Below the pieces are notes generated by a model that worked only from the letters and a program-made list of their open reading frames with translations, was not told where the DNA came from and searched no databases. This document shows positions 30,460-40,808 of a DNA stretch of 64,000 nucleotides, piece after piece. A program made the translations under genes and the position numbers. The stretch covers positions 90,497-154,496 of the forward strand of contig JAUYJS010000005.1 of assembly GCA_030698565.1 (NCBI GenBank), written 5' to 3'. Positions within the stretch are counted from its first letter, which is position 1. Each line of letters begins with the position of its first letter. The stretch is from Candidatus Shapirobacteria bacterium (GTDB taxonomy: Bacteria > Patescibacteriota > Microgenomatia > UBA12405).

Positions 30460-31608
30460 ATGGAAAATTCCAAATTATCAATAGACCAAAAGATTGAATT
30501 AATTAGTAGGAATTGTCAGGAAGTTTTAACTCCTAAAGATCTGAGATATCTATTGGAAAGCAACACTCCACTTAATCACTACATTGGTTTTGAAATTTCG
30601 GGAATGGTGCATTTGGGAACTGGTTTAATTTCAATGGGAAAGATTGCTGATTTTTTGCAAGCAGGAGTTAGTTGTCAAGTTTTTTTGGCTGATTTTCATT
30701 CTTATTTGAATAATAAGTTGGGTGGAGATTGGGATAAAATTCGATGGGCAACCGAGAATTATTTTAAACAAGCTTTAATCGCTTCTTTAAAATGTTTTAA
30801 CGTCGATGAAGCGCAAGTCAAGTTTGTGATGGGAAAAGATTTATATGAAACTAACTTAGTCCATTGGGAAACATTTATGGAAGTGGGTAAAAATGTAACT
30901 TTATCTAGGAATTTAAGGTCAATTTCGATAATGGGGAAAAAGAAGGGTGCTGATATTGATATGTCTACTTTGTTTTACCCCCCACTTCAAGTAGCTGACA
31001 TTTTTACATTAAAGGTTAATCTAGTTCAAGCAGGCATGGATCAGAGAAAAGCACATGTCGTGGCTAGGCAAGTTGCTGAAAAATTAACGATCAATCCTCT
31101 CAGGGACAGTAAGGGTAATAAAATTGCACCAGTGGCTGTTCATCAAAATTTAATCGCAGGACTTTCAGGTCCAGAAGCGGTTGATTTGGGACAAAATAGT
31201 GAAGATGTTCAAATAGATTTAAAAATGAGTAAATCAAAACCAAACTCAGCAGTTTTTGTGCACGATACTCCTGACGAAATTAGAAATAAGGTGCGGAAGG
31301 CTTATGGTCCACCTAAAATTACAGAATATAATCCATTAATTAACTGGGTGCAGACATTAATTTTCTGGGGTCAAGAACAGGGCGAGTTTACAATAAATAG
31401 ACCGGATAGATTTGGGGGTAACGTTACTTATAATAGTGTCTCTGGACTAATAAAAGATTACCAAGATGAAAAACTTTATCCAACTGATTTGAAAAATGCT
31501 ATTTCTGATTGGTTGATTGAAAAGCTAGAACCAGCTAGAAAACATTTCGAAAATCCAATAGCAAAAGAAGGGTTGGAAAAAATGAAGGAGCTGATAAACA
31601 TAAAATAA
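30460..31608 (+). CDS. tyrS: Tyrosine--tRNA ligase, archaeal/eukaryotic type
   Basis: YIGFEISG.VHLG, YPPLQVAD, GMDQRKAH and KMSKS motifs; no S4 domain. Confidence 0.9.
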   Translation: MENSKLSIDQKIELISRNCQEVLTPKDLRYLLESNTPLNHYIGFEISGMVHLGTGLISMGKIADFLQAGVSCQVFLADFHSYLNNKLGGDWDKIRWATENYFKQALIASLKCFNVDEAQVKFVMGKDLYETNLVHWETFMEVGKNVTLSRNLRSISIMGKKKGADIDMSTLFYPPLQVADIFTLKVNLVQAGMDQRKAHVVARQVAEKLTINPLRDSKGNKIAPVAVHQNLIAGLSGPEAVDLGQNSEDVQIDLKMSKSKPNSAVFVHDTPDEIRNKVRKAYGPPKITEYNPLINWVQTLIFWGQEQGEFTINRPDRFGGNVTYNSVSGLIKDYQDEKLYPTDLKNAISDWLIEKLEPARKHFENPIAKEGLEKMKELINIK

Positions 31609-31609
31609 T

Positions 31610-32167
31610 ATGGTTGAATCTATAAGAAATGATGCTGGAGTAATTGTTGGACAAATATATAATGGTGAATCAGAGGAATATTTAACTACAAAAGAAGCTT
31701 TGAGGGGAGGTTATGAATTAGATGATGATGATAATAAGATTAAAACAGAAGATAATTATCCTGGTGCGGAAGTTATAGTCAAAAAAAGAAAAGTCGAAAC
31801 TATTTCAGATGAAGATAATATTAGAATAGCGAATGAAATAGTCAGGGAGTTAAGGCTAGAGAAAGTAGGTATAAACCCAAAGATTGTAAGGGTTAAAACT
31901 GGAGCAAAAGTAATATTAGGCGGAAAAGAATGGTTTTTGCAAAAAAGTTTTAATGCGTTAAGACTGGACGTGAGTCTCATTGATGATCCGCATGCAAAAA
32001 AGTATCGTTACTATTCGGTTGAAAATATAAGTAGAAGTAATTTTTATAAAAATGATAGTACTTCCGAGAAAGATTTGTTGCCTGGAAAAAGATTTTCTGT
32101 AAATACTTGTTTTTTAAGAAAACCCTCTCTTGACGCTTTAAATTTACAAATAAAACTTCCTATTTAA
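31610..32167 (+). CDS. Hypothetical protein
   Basis: 185-aa ORF starting 1 nt after the tyrS stop. Confidence 0.6.
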   Translation: MVESIRNDAGVIVGQIYNGESEEYLTTKEALRGGYELDDDDNKIKTEDNYPGAEVIVKKRKVETISDEDNIRIANEIVRELRLEKVGINPKIVRVKTGAKVILGGKEWFLQKSFNALRLDVSLIDDPHAKKYRYYSVENISRSNFYKNDSTSEKDLLPGKRFSVNTCFLRKPSLDALNLQIKLPI

Positions 32168-33437
32168 GTGATCTTTTAATTAATTCTTGACGATAGTGAT
32201 TGGCAAAGCGATGGGCTTCGTCGCGGAGACGCTGAAGTAGACGAAGTGCTTCAGAATTTTTGGGTAAATTAACTTCTACCCAGTTTAGGGGTGTTTTGAT
32301 TACAATTGTTTCTTCTCTTTTGGCTAATCCAATTAGGGCGACGTCGGTAATATTTAAAATTGAAAAGAGTTTGTAAACAGAAGACACTTGAGGTTTACCA
32401 CCATCAACAAGAATGATATTTGGTAAAGTCCATTCTGGATGCTTAAATCTTCGCCAGACAACTTCTTTGATCATAAATTGATCATCTTGCATTACCTTAG
32501 TATATATTTTAAATTTTCGATATTCATTTTTTTCTATTCTTCCATTTTGATAAACAACCATCGATCCGACAAAATATTTACTTCCCAAGTTAGATATATC
32601 GTATGCTTCCATCCTATCGATATTGGTCAATTTGTTAAAATAAGGACCAAGAATTGTTTTAAGTTGATTTTCTGCTTTACTAATTTGATCTTCTTGTAAT
32701 TCAATTTGATCAAATAAATGATTTAAATTGTTCCAACCGGAGATTATATATTTAAGAGAAGCTAGTTGGTCGCGCTTGATAGTTGCTTGTTCATATTTTT
32801 CTGCTTTTGAACATTGATCCATTTCTTTATTAATTGATCTTATTAGGCCGCCTATTTTGCCGTTTAATATACTTTTAATTCGAGAAATATTTACTTTATA
32901 TTCATGATTATCTATATATGGTCCTGGGCATAATCCCAAATGACAATACAAACATTTTTTAGTTGGATGATGGGGCCCTGAGTAAAATGGAAAAATTCTT
33001 CTAATTGTTTTTAGCAGACTCTTTACAGCAGAGCTGTTGGGAAACGGTCCATAAAAATAAGAGTTGGGGTTGAGAGTAGATTTGAAAGCCGGTGAGACTA
33101 TAGGAAATTTATCCTTACTAATGGTTATATATATATAACTTCGGTCATCTTTTAATTGAGAATTATATTTGGGTTTATGTTTTTTAATTAAACTGGCTTC
33201 TAAAATTAAGGCTTCAATTTCAGAACCTACTAACTTCCAATCTATACTATCGATTTGAGATACTAATTGTTCTGTTTTTGGACCAAGAGCATCGTTACTT
33301 TGAAAATATTGAGCGACTCTTCTTTTTAGATTAATTGCTTTGCCAACATAAATAATCTCATTTAAAGAATTTTTATAAATATATACTCCAGGTGTCGTTG
33401 GTAGTTTCTTAACGATTTTTGGCAGTTGATTGTTCAT
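32160..33437 (-). CDS. uvrC: Excinuclease ABC subunit C (short form, no HhH2)
   Basis: GIY-YIG domain, YDISN, DGGKPQ and RDEAHRFA motifs. Confidence 0.93.
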   Translation of the reverse strand: MNNQLPKIVKKLPTTPGVYIYKNSLNEIIYVGKAINLKRRVAQYFQSNDALGPKTEQLVSQIDSIDWKLVGSEIEALILEASLIKKHKPKYNSQLKDDRSYIYITISKDKFPIVSPAFKSTLNPNSYFYGPFPNSSAVKSLLKTIRRIFPFYSGPHHPTKKCLYCHLGLCPGPYIDNHEYKVNISRIKSILNGKIGGLIRSINKEMDQCSKAEKYEQATIKRDQLASLKYIISGWNNLNHLFDQIELQEDQISKAENQLKTILGPYFNKLTNIDRMEAYDISNLGSKYFVGSMVVYQNGRIEKNEYRKFKIYTKVMQDDQFMIKEVVWRRFKHPEWTLPNIILVDGGKPQVSSVYKLFSILNITDVALIGLAKREETIVIKTPLNWVEVNLPKNSEALRLLQRLRDEAHRFANHYRQELIKRSLK

Positions 33438-36114
33438 AAACAGCTTTTTTTAGATATTGGCCAGTATAACTTTTGGAGCAATCGATAATGTCTTGGACAG
33501 TACCAATAGCAACAACTTGGCCACCTTTTTCGCCACCTTCTGGACCCATATCGATAATCCAATCAGAATTTCTAATTACATCTAAATTATGTTCGATAAC
33601 TACAACAGTATTACCTTTTTCAACTAATTGTTTTAATACTTTAATTAATTTATCGACGTCATAAAAATGAAGACCAGTGGTGGGTTCGTCTAATATATAA
33701 AGTGTGTGATTTTTTGTGGTTTTAACTAATTCTCGACTTATTTTTAATCTTTGCGATTCACCGCCTGATAAGGTGTTTGATGATTGGCCTAATTCCAAAT
33801 AACCCAAACCGACTTCTTGAATTGTTTCTAGTTTCCTTTTTAATTTAGGAATGTTCTTGAAGAACTCGGCAGCTTCATCTATGGTTAATTTTAAAATTTC
33901 AGCAATATTTTTATCTTTATATTCGACTTCCAATGTTTCATCTTTGAATCTAGTGCCATGACACTCGTCACAGGTAACATAGATATCTGATAAAAATTGC
34001 ATTTCGATTTTAATTTGACCCTGGCCTTGGCAGACTTCGCAGCGGCCATTTTTGACATTAAAAGAAAACCTTCCTGCATCGTAACCTCGTATTTGGGCTT
34101 CGGTGGTTTTGGCAATTAGAGTTCTTATATCATCAAAAACTTTTGTATAAGTAGCTGGGTTACTTCTTGGTGTTCGTCCGATTGGTGATTGGTCGACAAG
34201 CAGTATATCGGATACAGATTGACAACCGTCGATACTATCATATTCCCCTATTGTTCCATAATAGCTACCTAATATACTTTTTCGAACACCTCCGTAAAGT
34301 GTGTCGTGAATCAAAGTAGATTTACCAGAACCAGATACGCCGGTTACAGAAATTAAATTATTTAAAGGGAATTCAACATTAATATCTTTGAGATTCCATT
34401 GACGACAACCTTTTATAACTATTTTTTTATTATCGATATTTAACTTTTTAACATGAGAGTCTAAAACTGACATTTTACCTGACATATATTTGCCGGTTAA
34501 TGATTTTGGATTCTTTATTATTTCTTCAAGAGTGCCTTCGGCAACAATTTCACCTCCGTTTTTACCAGCATATGGCCCAAAATCGACAATATGATCGGCA
34601 TTCTTTATAACATCTTCGTCGTGCTCAACTACAACCACAGTGTTGCCTAGGTGTTTTAATTTTCTGAGAGTTTGAATCAATCTGTCGTTATCGCGTGAAT
34701 GTAAGCCAATTGTTGGTTCATCTAAGATATATAAAACACCCGTAAGACCGGTTCCGATTTGACTGGCCAATCTAATTCTTTGGGATTCACCACTCGAAAG
34801 AGTACTGGCTTCCCTACCTAAACTTAGATAATCTAAACCAACAGCCAAAAGGAATTCAATTCTGGAATTAAGTTCTCTTTTTATGGGATTTAAAATTTCT
34901 TTCTCTTTGTCGCTACTTAAATTATCATTTAATGAACCGATCCAACTGTTTAATTTATCAATTGGTAATTTACAAACATAAGAAATATTTTTGCCTAAAA
35001 TAGTAATTGATAATGCGTCTGAATTTAATCTAGTTCCTTTGCAGGTAGGACAGCTTTTTTTGATCATGAATTTTTCTAATTCTTCCCGAACACCATCTGA
35101 AGGAGAGTTAACATATTTACTTTCGAGCATCCTGGCTTTCCACTCTGGAAATTTGCTTCGATCGATTTGAAATTTCGAACCTAGACCTTTACATTCTGGA
35201 CAAGCTCCTTGTGGTGAATTAAATGAAAATAATCGGGGTTCAATTTCTGGTAACGAAATATTGCAGATAGGACAGGCATAATTTTCCGAATAAAGCACGT
35301 CTTTCATAATCTCCGGATTATCGGGGAAATTAAAGGATTGATCTTCCACCTCTGAGGCAATTACTAAACCATTGGATAGTTTCATGGCTTGTTCAACATC
35401 GTCAATTAAACGAGTATAAATATCTTCTTTCTTTTTTAAAACTTCTTTGGAGACCGAAACACGATCGATGATAGCGTCAATATTGTGTTTGTTGGTTTTA
35501 AAAATGGTGTATTCGGAGTAAAGATCAATAACCCGATTGTCGACTCGGATCCATTTATAACCCTGTTTGCGTAAATTTTCAGTTAAACCTTTGAAATCAC
35601 CTTTTTTGTCCCTCACGACTGGCGACATAATAAAGAATCTATAATTAATAGACACGAGCGCACGTTCTTCGGCTTGATTAATTATTTGAGTAACTATTTG
35701 TTTACTAGTTTGAGGCGCGACTTCGCGGCCACAATTGGGACAACTAGGGTGACCGACTCTGGCAAATAACAGTCTTAAATAATCGTAAATTTCGGTTATG
35801 GTACCAATAGTTGACCTGGGATTGTGCGATATAGCTTTTTGGTTTATCGCAATAGATGGAGATAAACCTTCGATTAAATCGACGTCTGGTCGCTTCATAT
35901 TTCCTAAAAATTGACGGGCATAGGAAGAAAGACTCTCGACATATCGACGCTGACCTTCGGCAAAAAGAGTATCGAAAGCCATAGAGGATTTACCTGAACC
36001 CGATACACCAGTAAAAACTATTAGTTGGTTTTTATCGAACTCAAAGGAAACATTTTTTAAGTTGTTTTCCCTGGCTCCTCTAACTACTATTTTTCCGTTA
36101 TTAAATTGTTCCAT
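33409..36114 (-). CDS. uvrA: Excinuclease ABC subunit A
   Basis: Two GVSGSGKS Walker A motifs, Zn fingers, AEGQRRYVESLS. Confidence 0.97.
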   Translation of the reverse strand: MEQFNNGKIVVRGARENNLKNVSFEFDKNQLIVFTGVSGSGKSSMAFDTLFAEGQRRYVESLSSYARQFLGNMKRPDVDLIEGLSPSIAINQKAISHNPRSTIGTITEIYDYLRLLFARVGHPSCPNCGREVAPQTSKQIVTQIINQAEERALVSINYRFFIMSPVVRDKKGDFKGLTENLRKQGYKWIRVDNRVIDLYSEYTIFKTNKHNIDAIIDRVSVSKEVLKKKEDIYTRLIDDVEQAMKLSNGLVIASEVEDQSFNFPDNPEIMKDVLYSENYACPICNISLPEIEPRLFSFNSPQGACPECKGLGSKFQIDRSKFPEWKARMLESKYVNSPSDGVREELEKFMIKKSCPTCKGTRLNSDALSITILGKNISYVCKLPIDKLNSWIGSLNDNLSSDKEKEILNPIKRELNSRIEFLLAVGLDYLSLGREASTLSSGESQRIRLASQIGTGLTGVLYILDEPTIGLHSRDNDRLIQTLRKLKHLGNTVVVVEHDEDVIKNADHIVDFGPYAGKNGGEIVAEGTLEEIIKNPKSLTGKYMSGKMSVLDSHVKKLNIDNKKIVIKGCRQWNLKDINVEFPLNNLISVTGVSGSGKSTLIHDTLYGGVRKSILGSYYGTIGEYDSIDGCQSVSDILLVDQSPIGRTPRSNPATYTKVFDDIRTLIAKTTEAQIRGYDAGRFSFNVKNGRCEVCQGQGQIKIEMQFLSDIYVTCDECHGTRFKDETLEVEYKDKNIAEILKLTIDEAAEFFKNIPKLKRKLETIQEVGLGYLELGQSSNTLSGGESQRLKISRELVKTTKNHTLYILDEPTTGLHFYDVDKLIKVLKQLVEKGNTVVVIEHNLDVIRNSDWIIDMGPEGGEKGGQVVAIGTVQDIIDCSKSYTGQYLKKAVYEQSTAKNR

Positions 36115-36122
36115 TTTATTTT

Positions 36123-38117
36123 TTATTCAAATTTTTTTATTTTATTTCTAATTTTAATAGCTGCTTCGAAATTTAAATCAGAAGCGAATAAACGCATTTG
36201 TTTTTTGAGTTTAGTAATATGTTTTTTACGTTGCACTGGGGTTAATTCTAGTGGATCGGTTTCCATTATATCCTGATTTTTACTGGCATCCTCCAATATC
36301 TCTATGATTTTTGGACGAATTGATTTGGTTATAGTTTGAGGAATAATATTGTGAGTTCGATTATATTTCAACTGAATTTTCCGACGACGATTAACTTCTT
36401 GAATTGCGCCGACCATAGCCGGAGAAATACTGTCTGCATACAAAAAGACTTCACCGGATATGTGCCTTGAGGCTCGACCCATGATTTGAATTAATGAAGT
36501 TTTGGATCTTAAAAAACCTTGTTGATCGGCGTCTAAAACGGCGACCAAACTAACTTCAGGTAAGTCTAAACCTTCTCTCAAAAGATTGATACCAACTAAG
36601 ACGTCGTAATCACCAGATCGAAGACTATCCAAAATTGTTGATCTTTCTAGGGTAGCGATATCAGAATGTAGATAAGCAACTTTTAGCGGTATTTCGGTAT
36701 TATTTATATCGGAAAGATAAATAGACAGATCTTCGGCCATACGTTTTGTTATAGTAATTAACAAAGTTCTTTCTTTTTTGGCGACTCTTTTTTTAATTTC
36801 TGCAATTAGATCGGGAATTTGATTGTGACTACTTTTAACTTTAACAATGGGATCGATTAATCCAGTTGGTCTAATAATTTGTTCAATTACATTTTCCCCA
36901 GATTCTTTAATTTCGTATGGAGCTGGGGTGGCTGATACATAAATAGTTTTAGAAACACGAGAGTTAAATTCCTCGGCTTTAAGTGGTCGATTGTCTAGGG
37001 CCGATGGGAGTCTGAATCCAAAATCAATTAAAGTCTTTTTTCTAGCTTGATCACCAAAATACATGCCACCTATTTGGGGCATGGTGGCGTGTGATTCATC
37101 GATTACCGTCAAAAAATTATTACCCCAAATATGCTTAAAATAATCTACCATCGTGTAGGGTGGATCGCCTGGTTTGCGATTTTTTTCAAAATAAATAGAA
37201 TAATTTTCAATACCATTAACGTAATTTACTTCCTGCAGCATCTCCAAATCGTACTCAACTCTTTGTTGAATCCGATGAGCTTCTAAAATTTTATTTTGTG
37301 ATTTAAAAAATTCGACTTGTTTTTGACAATCAGATCTTATTTTTTTCAAAATTTCTTTATTATCAATTCCAGAGGCACCGACATATTGCTTGGCAGCATA
37401 AAGACGAAATGATTCTAAATTAAACTCATGACCGGAAAATGGATGTCGCTGAATTATTTTGGTTAATTTTTGATTATCAAATTCTAAAGCGATTATCCAA
37501 TCCTGATATGAAGGCCAAATTTCAATTACTTCACCCCTAACTCGAAAGGTTGATCGTTTAAATTCTAATTCATTACGTGTATAAAAAAGAGAAATAAAAC
37601 TTTCAAATAATTGACGACGAGGCCATTCTTGGCCAATTTTGAAGTCGATTACATGGCCACCAAATTCAATAGGATCACCAATGTTATAGATACAACTAAC
37701 CGAGGCGACCACGATATTGTCGTTGCCGGAAAATAAATTTGACGTAGCTTCTAGTCTTAGTTTGTCTATTAGATCATTTATTTCTACTTCTTTGGCAATA
37801 TAGGTATCAGTCGAAGGAATATAAGCTTCTGGCTGATAATAATCATAATAAGAAACGAAATATGAAACTTTATTATTGGGAAAAAGTTCTTTAAACTCTT
37901 GATATAGTTGACCTGCCAAAGTTTTATTATGGGAGATTACTAGGGTTGGCAACTGAGTCTTTTCGATAACATTGGCGATAGTAAAAGTTTTACCAGAACC
38001 AGTCACACCCAAAAGGGTTTGTTTGTCGACACCACGATTTAAATTAGAGACCAGTTTATCTATAGCCTGGGGCTGATCACCTGCCGGTAAAAATGATGAA
38101 TTTATCTTAAATGGCAC
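36123..38117 (-). CDS. uvrB: Excinuclease ABC subunit B
   Basis: GVTGSGKT, YYDYYQPEAY, DESH and GINLLREGLD motifs. Confidence 0.97.
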   Translation of the reverse strand: MPFKINSSFLPAGDQPQAIDKLVSNLNRGVDKQTLLGVTGSGKTFTIANVIEKTQLPTLVISHNKTLAGQLYQEFKELFPNNKVSYFVSYYDYYQPEAYIPSTDTYIAKEVEINDLIDKLRLEATSNLFSGNDNIVVASVSCIYNIGDPIEFGGHVIDFKIGQEWPRRQLFESFISLFYTRNELEFKRSTFRVRGEVIEIWPSYQDWIIALEFDNQKLTKIIQRHPFSGHEFNLESFRLYAAKQYVGASGIDNKEILKKIRSDCQKQVEFFKSQNKILEAHRIQQRVEYDLEMLQEVNYVNGIENYSIYFEKNRKPGDPPYTMVDYFKHIWGNNFLTVIDESHATMPQIGGMYFGDQARKKTLIDFGFRLPSALDNRPLKAEEFNSRVSKTIYVSATPAPYEIKESGENVIEQIIRPTGLIDPIVKVKSSHNQIPDLIAEIKKRVAKKERTLLITITKRMAEDLSIYLSDINNTEIPLKVAYLHSDIATLERSTILDSLRSGDYDVLVGINLLREGLDLPEVSLVAVLDADQQGFLRSKTSLIQIMGRASRHISGEVFLYADSISPAMVGAIQEVNRRRKIQLKYNRTHNIIPQTITKSIRPKIIEILEDASKNQDIMETDPLELTPVQRKKHITKLKKQMRLFASDLNFEAAIKIRNKIKKFE

Positions 38118-38137
38118 AGCTTATATTTTATCAAAGT

Positions 38138-38800
38138 TTATCTCTTACTTGTGGCAAAAATTATATCAACAGCAGTACCTTTGACTCCAATCCCAGCATG
38201 ATCCCATCTTTGAGCTAATTGATTGTCATCGTGGGGTTTGTCGCCAGCAAAAACCCATTCAATTAAATGGACTCCAAAAACTTTATATCCAAAAGAAGAA
38301 TTTTCTCCTAGCCAGTTGTAACCAAGCTTATTATAGCCATCTTGATTTTCAATAAAATCTAGGAAGCCTTTGTGAGCATCAGTTTTGTTTACTAAAAAAA
38401 AGTAATCCGCACGGGATTGGGCATAATCAGCTAATGTGTTGTCCCAAACTAATAATTGGGAACCTTGTCTTTGTCGATATTCATTGAGTGCAACCAATAT
38501 TTCAGACGGAGTAGCCATGCGTGTATCGTTAGCAATTTTCATAGTCCAAGTATATTCACCAATTTGTTTGGCTACACCCCAAGGTTCTGTGTCTGGGGTA
38601 ACTTTTGGGATTAATTTTGGTTTATCTATGGTTTGAACGGGAGTTGGTTCTATTATTAGTGGTTTTGTGTCTTGAAAAATGGGTATAATTTCCTCGAAAA
38701 TATCGCTTTTTATTTTATTAATATCCGAATCTTTTAATAAGCCGGGGTTTAAGAAAAGAAAACCGATTAGACAAGAAAGTATAACTATAAGTCGAATCAT
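38138..38800 (-). CDS. CAP/SCP-domain exported protein
   Basis: LNEYR..G, GEN, H..N and GIGV motifs; N-terminal hydrophobic segment. Confidence 0.8.
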   Translation of the reverse strand: MIRLIVILSCLIGFLFLNPGLLKDSDINKIKSDIFEEIIPIFQDTKPLIIEPTPVQTIDKPKLIPKVTPDTEPWGVAKQIGEYTWTMKIANDTRMATPSEILVALNEYRQRQGSQLLVWDNTLADYAQSRADYFFLVNKTDAHKGFLDFIENQDGYNKLGYNWLGENSSFGYKVFGVHLIEWVFAGDKPHDDNQLAQRWDHAGIGVKGTAVDIIFATSKR

Positions 38801-38891
38801 TGCTCAATTTTATCACTATATTTTTGAATAATAGTTAAATTAGGACTAAATTAATACTGTATTATATATCACTATATGTTAAATTTGATAT

Positions 38892-40436
38892 GTGTTAACA
38901 AAGATTTTCAGCGTGGCAAGTATTGGACTAAAAGCGATTGATATCGATGTGGAAGTAAATGTGGCAGAAATGGGTTTTCCGGGATTTGGGATTGTTGGTT
39001 TAGCTAGTAAAGCGGTTGAAGAATCGAAAGAAAGAATTAAAACTGCGATCGTAAATTCGGATATTGAGTTTCCAAATAAAAAAATTACGATTAATTTGGC
39101 TCCAGCTGACATACCAAAAGAAGGCTCTTGCTATGATTTGCCCATGGCTATAGGAGTAATAGCGTCTACGGGTGAGGTTAGATTGCCAAGTGAAAAATCA
39201 TATTTTTATGGAGAACTTTCTTTGGATGGAGGTCTAAGACACACCAAGGGCGTATTTTTGTTAGCAATTTTAGCCAAAGAACAGGGAATTAAAAATATAT
39301 TTGTACCTCGTCTTTGCGCAAATGAAGCAAGTGTAATTGAAGGTATAAAAGTATTCCCGGTTGACAGTTTAAAAAGTCTTATTAGACATTTAAATGGCGA
39401 TAAATTAATTCAACCACTAATCACAATTGATAAAGAAGAGTTGATTTTTGAAGCCGAACCAGAATTTGATTTTAGTGAAATTTTGGGGCAAGAACAGGCA
39501 AAAAGAGCATTGGAAATTGCGGCGGCTGGAGGACATAACATTTTTATGATGGGGCCACCTGGATCAGGAAAAACAATGCTTTCCCGAGCATTACCAGGTA
39601 TTTTACCTATACTAACCGAAAAAGAAAGTTTGGAAGTTACTAAAATTTATTCTATTTCTGGAAACATTCCTCCAGGCGGTTCTCTGGTTCGTCGAAGACC
39701 GTTTAGATCACCCCATCATACAACTTCACAAATTGGATTAATTGGCGGTGGGAGTAACCCCAGACCTGGTGAAGTGTCTTTGGCTCACAGAGGCGTACTT
39801 TTTTTGGACGAATTTCCTGAGTTTAATCGGCATACTATCGAGGCTTTGAGACAGCCAATTGAAGATGGCAATATAAATATTTCCCGGGCTAGTGGATCGG
39901 TAAATTATCCAGCCCAATTTATGTTGGTAGCTTCGGCAAATCCTTGCCAGTGTGGGTTTTTGGGCGATACCAAAAAGGAATGCAAATGTAATGTTCACCA
40001 GATTCTAAATTATCAAAGAAAACTATCTGGACCAATTATGGACAGAATTGATTTGCATTTGAATGTACCAGCTGTAGATATAAATAAATTAATGATATTG
40101 CCGGATAAGAATGAAAATAGATCGGCTAAATCAAGTGATATTCGAAAAAAAGTGATGGATGCTCGTGAAATTCAAACACAAAGATTTAAAAATACTAATA
40201 ATCTTTACAGCAATTCTGATATGAAAAATATTCACTTAAAAGAATTTGCCAATATGACCAACGAAGCCAATTTATTATTAAAACAGGCAGTTAATAAATT
40301 TTCTCTGTCAGCCCGAGCTTATTTTAGATTGATAAAAGTGTCGCGAACTATTGCTGATTTGTCGGCTAGTGAAGCTATTTTAGATAAGCATGTGGCCGAA
40401 GCACTTCAATATAGAATCAGATCAGAAAGCGTATGA
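38892..40436 (+). CDS. comM: ComM (YifB) AAA+ helicase
   Basis: INLAPAD, GPPGSGKT, PFRSPHH, PGEVSLAHRGVLFLDE and SARAY motifs. Confidence 0.95.
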   Translation: MLTKIFSVASIGLKAIDIDVEVNVAEMGFPGFGIVGLASKAVEESKERIKTAIVNSDIEFPNKKITINLAPADIPKEGSCYDLPMAIGVIASTGEVRLPSEKSYFYGELSLDGGLRHTKGVFLLAILAKEQGIKNIFVPRLCANEASVIEGIKVFPVDSLKSLIRHLNGDKLIQPLITIDKEELIFEAEPEFDFSEILGQEQAKRALEIAAAGGHNIFMMGPPGSGKTMLSRALPGILPILTEKESLEVTKIYSISGNIPPGGSLVRRRPFRSPHHTTSQIGLIGGGSNPRPGEVSLAHRGVLFLDEFPEFNRHTIEALRQPIEDGNINISRASGSVNYPAQFMLVASANPCQCGFLGDTKKECKCNVHQILNYQRKLSGPIMDRIDLHLNVPAVDINKLMILPDKNENRSAKSSDIRKKVMDAREIQTQRFKNTNNLYSNSDMKNIHLKEFANMTNEANLLLKQAVNKFSLSARAYFRLIKVSRTIADLSASEAILDKHVAEALQYRIRSESV

Positions 40437-40807
40437 AACAACTTAATTATTTAAAAGGTAAAAATGGTGAGTTAATTGCCAAAAACTATCTTTTGGAAAA
40501 AGATTATAAATTTGTAGAGCAGAATTACAAAAATTATTTGGGCGAAATTGATTTGATTATGAGTTTTAGAGATATTTTAGTTTTTGTAGAAGTTAAATTA
40601 AAAGTCGGCAATAGATTTGGTTTACCAGAGGAAATGATTAACAGAAACAAAATTAGTAGAGTCAAAAGAGTGGCTGAAAGTTATTTGGTGTTGAATCCAA
40701 TAATATCTCAAAATTATAAAAAATACAGATTGGATGCGATTTGTGTGGTGGTCAATGAATTGAATTGTATCAAAAGAATTAATCACTACAAAAATATTGA
40801 ATTTTAA
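40433..40807 (+). CDS. yraN: YraN family nuclease
   Basis: G..GE..A, GEIDLI, FVEVK and RLDAI motifs. Confidence 0.93.
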   Translation: MKQLNYLKGKNGELIAKNYLLEKDYKFVEQNYKNYLGEIDLIMSFRDILVFVEVKLKVGNRFGLPEEMINRNKISRVKRVAESYLVLNPIISQNYKKYRLDAICVVVNELNCIKRINHYKNIEF

Positions 40808-40808
40808 T

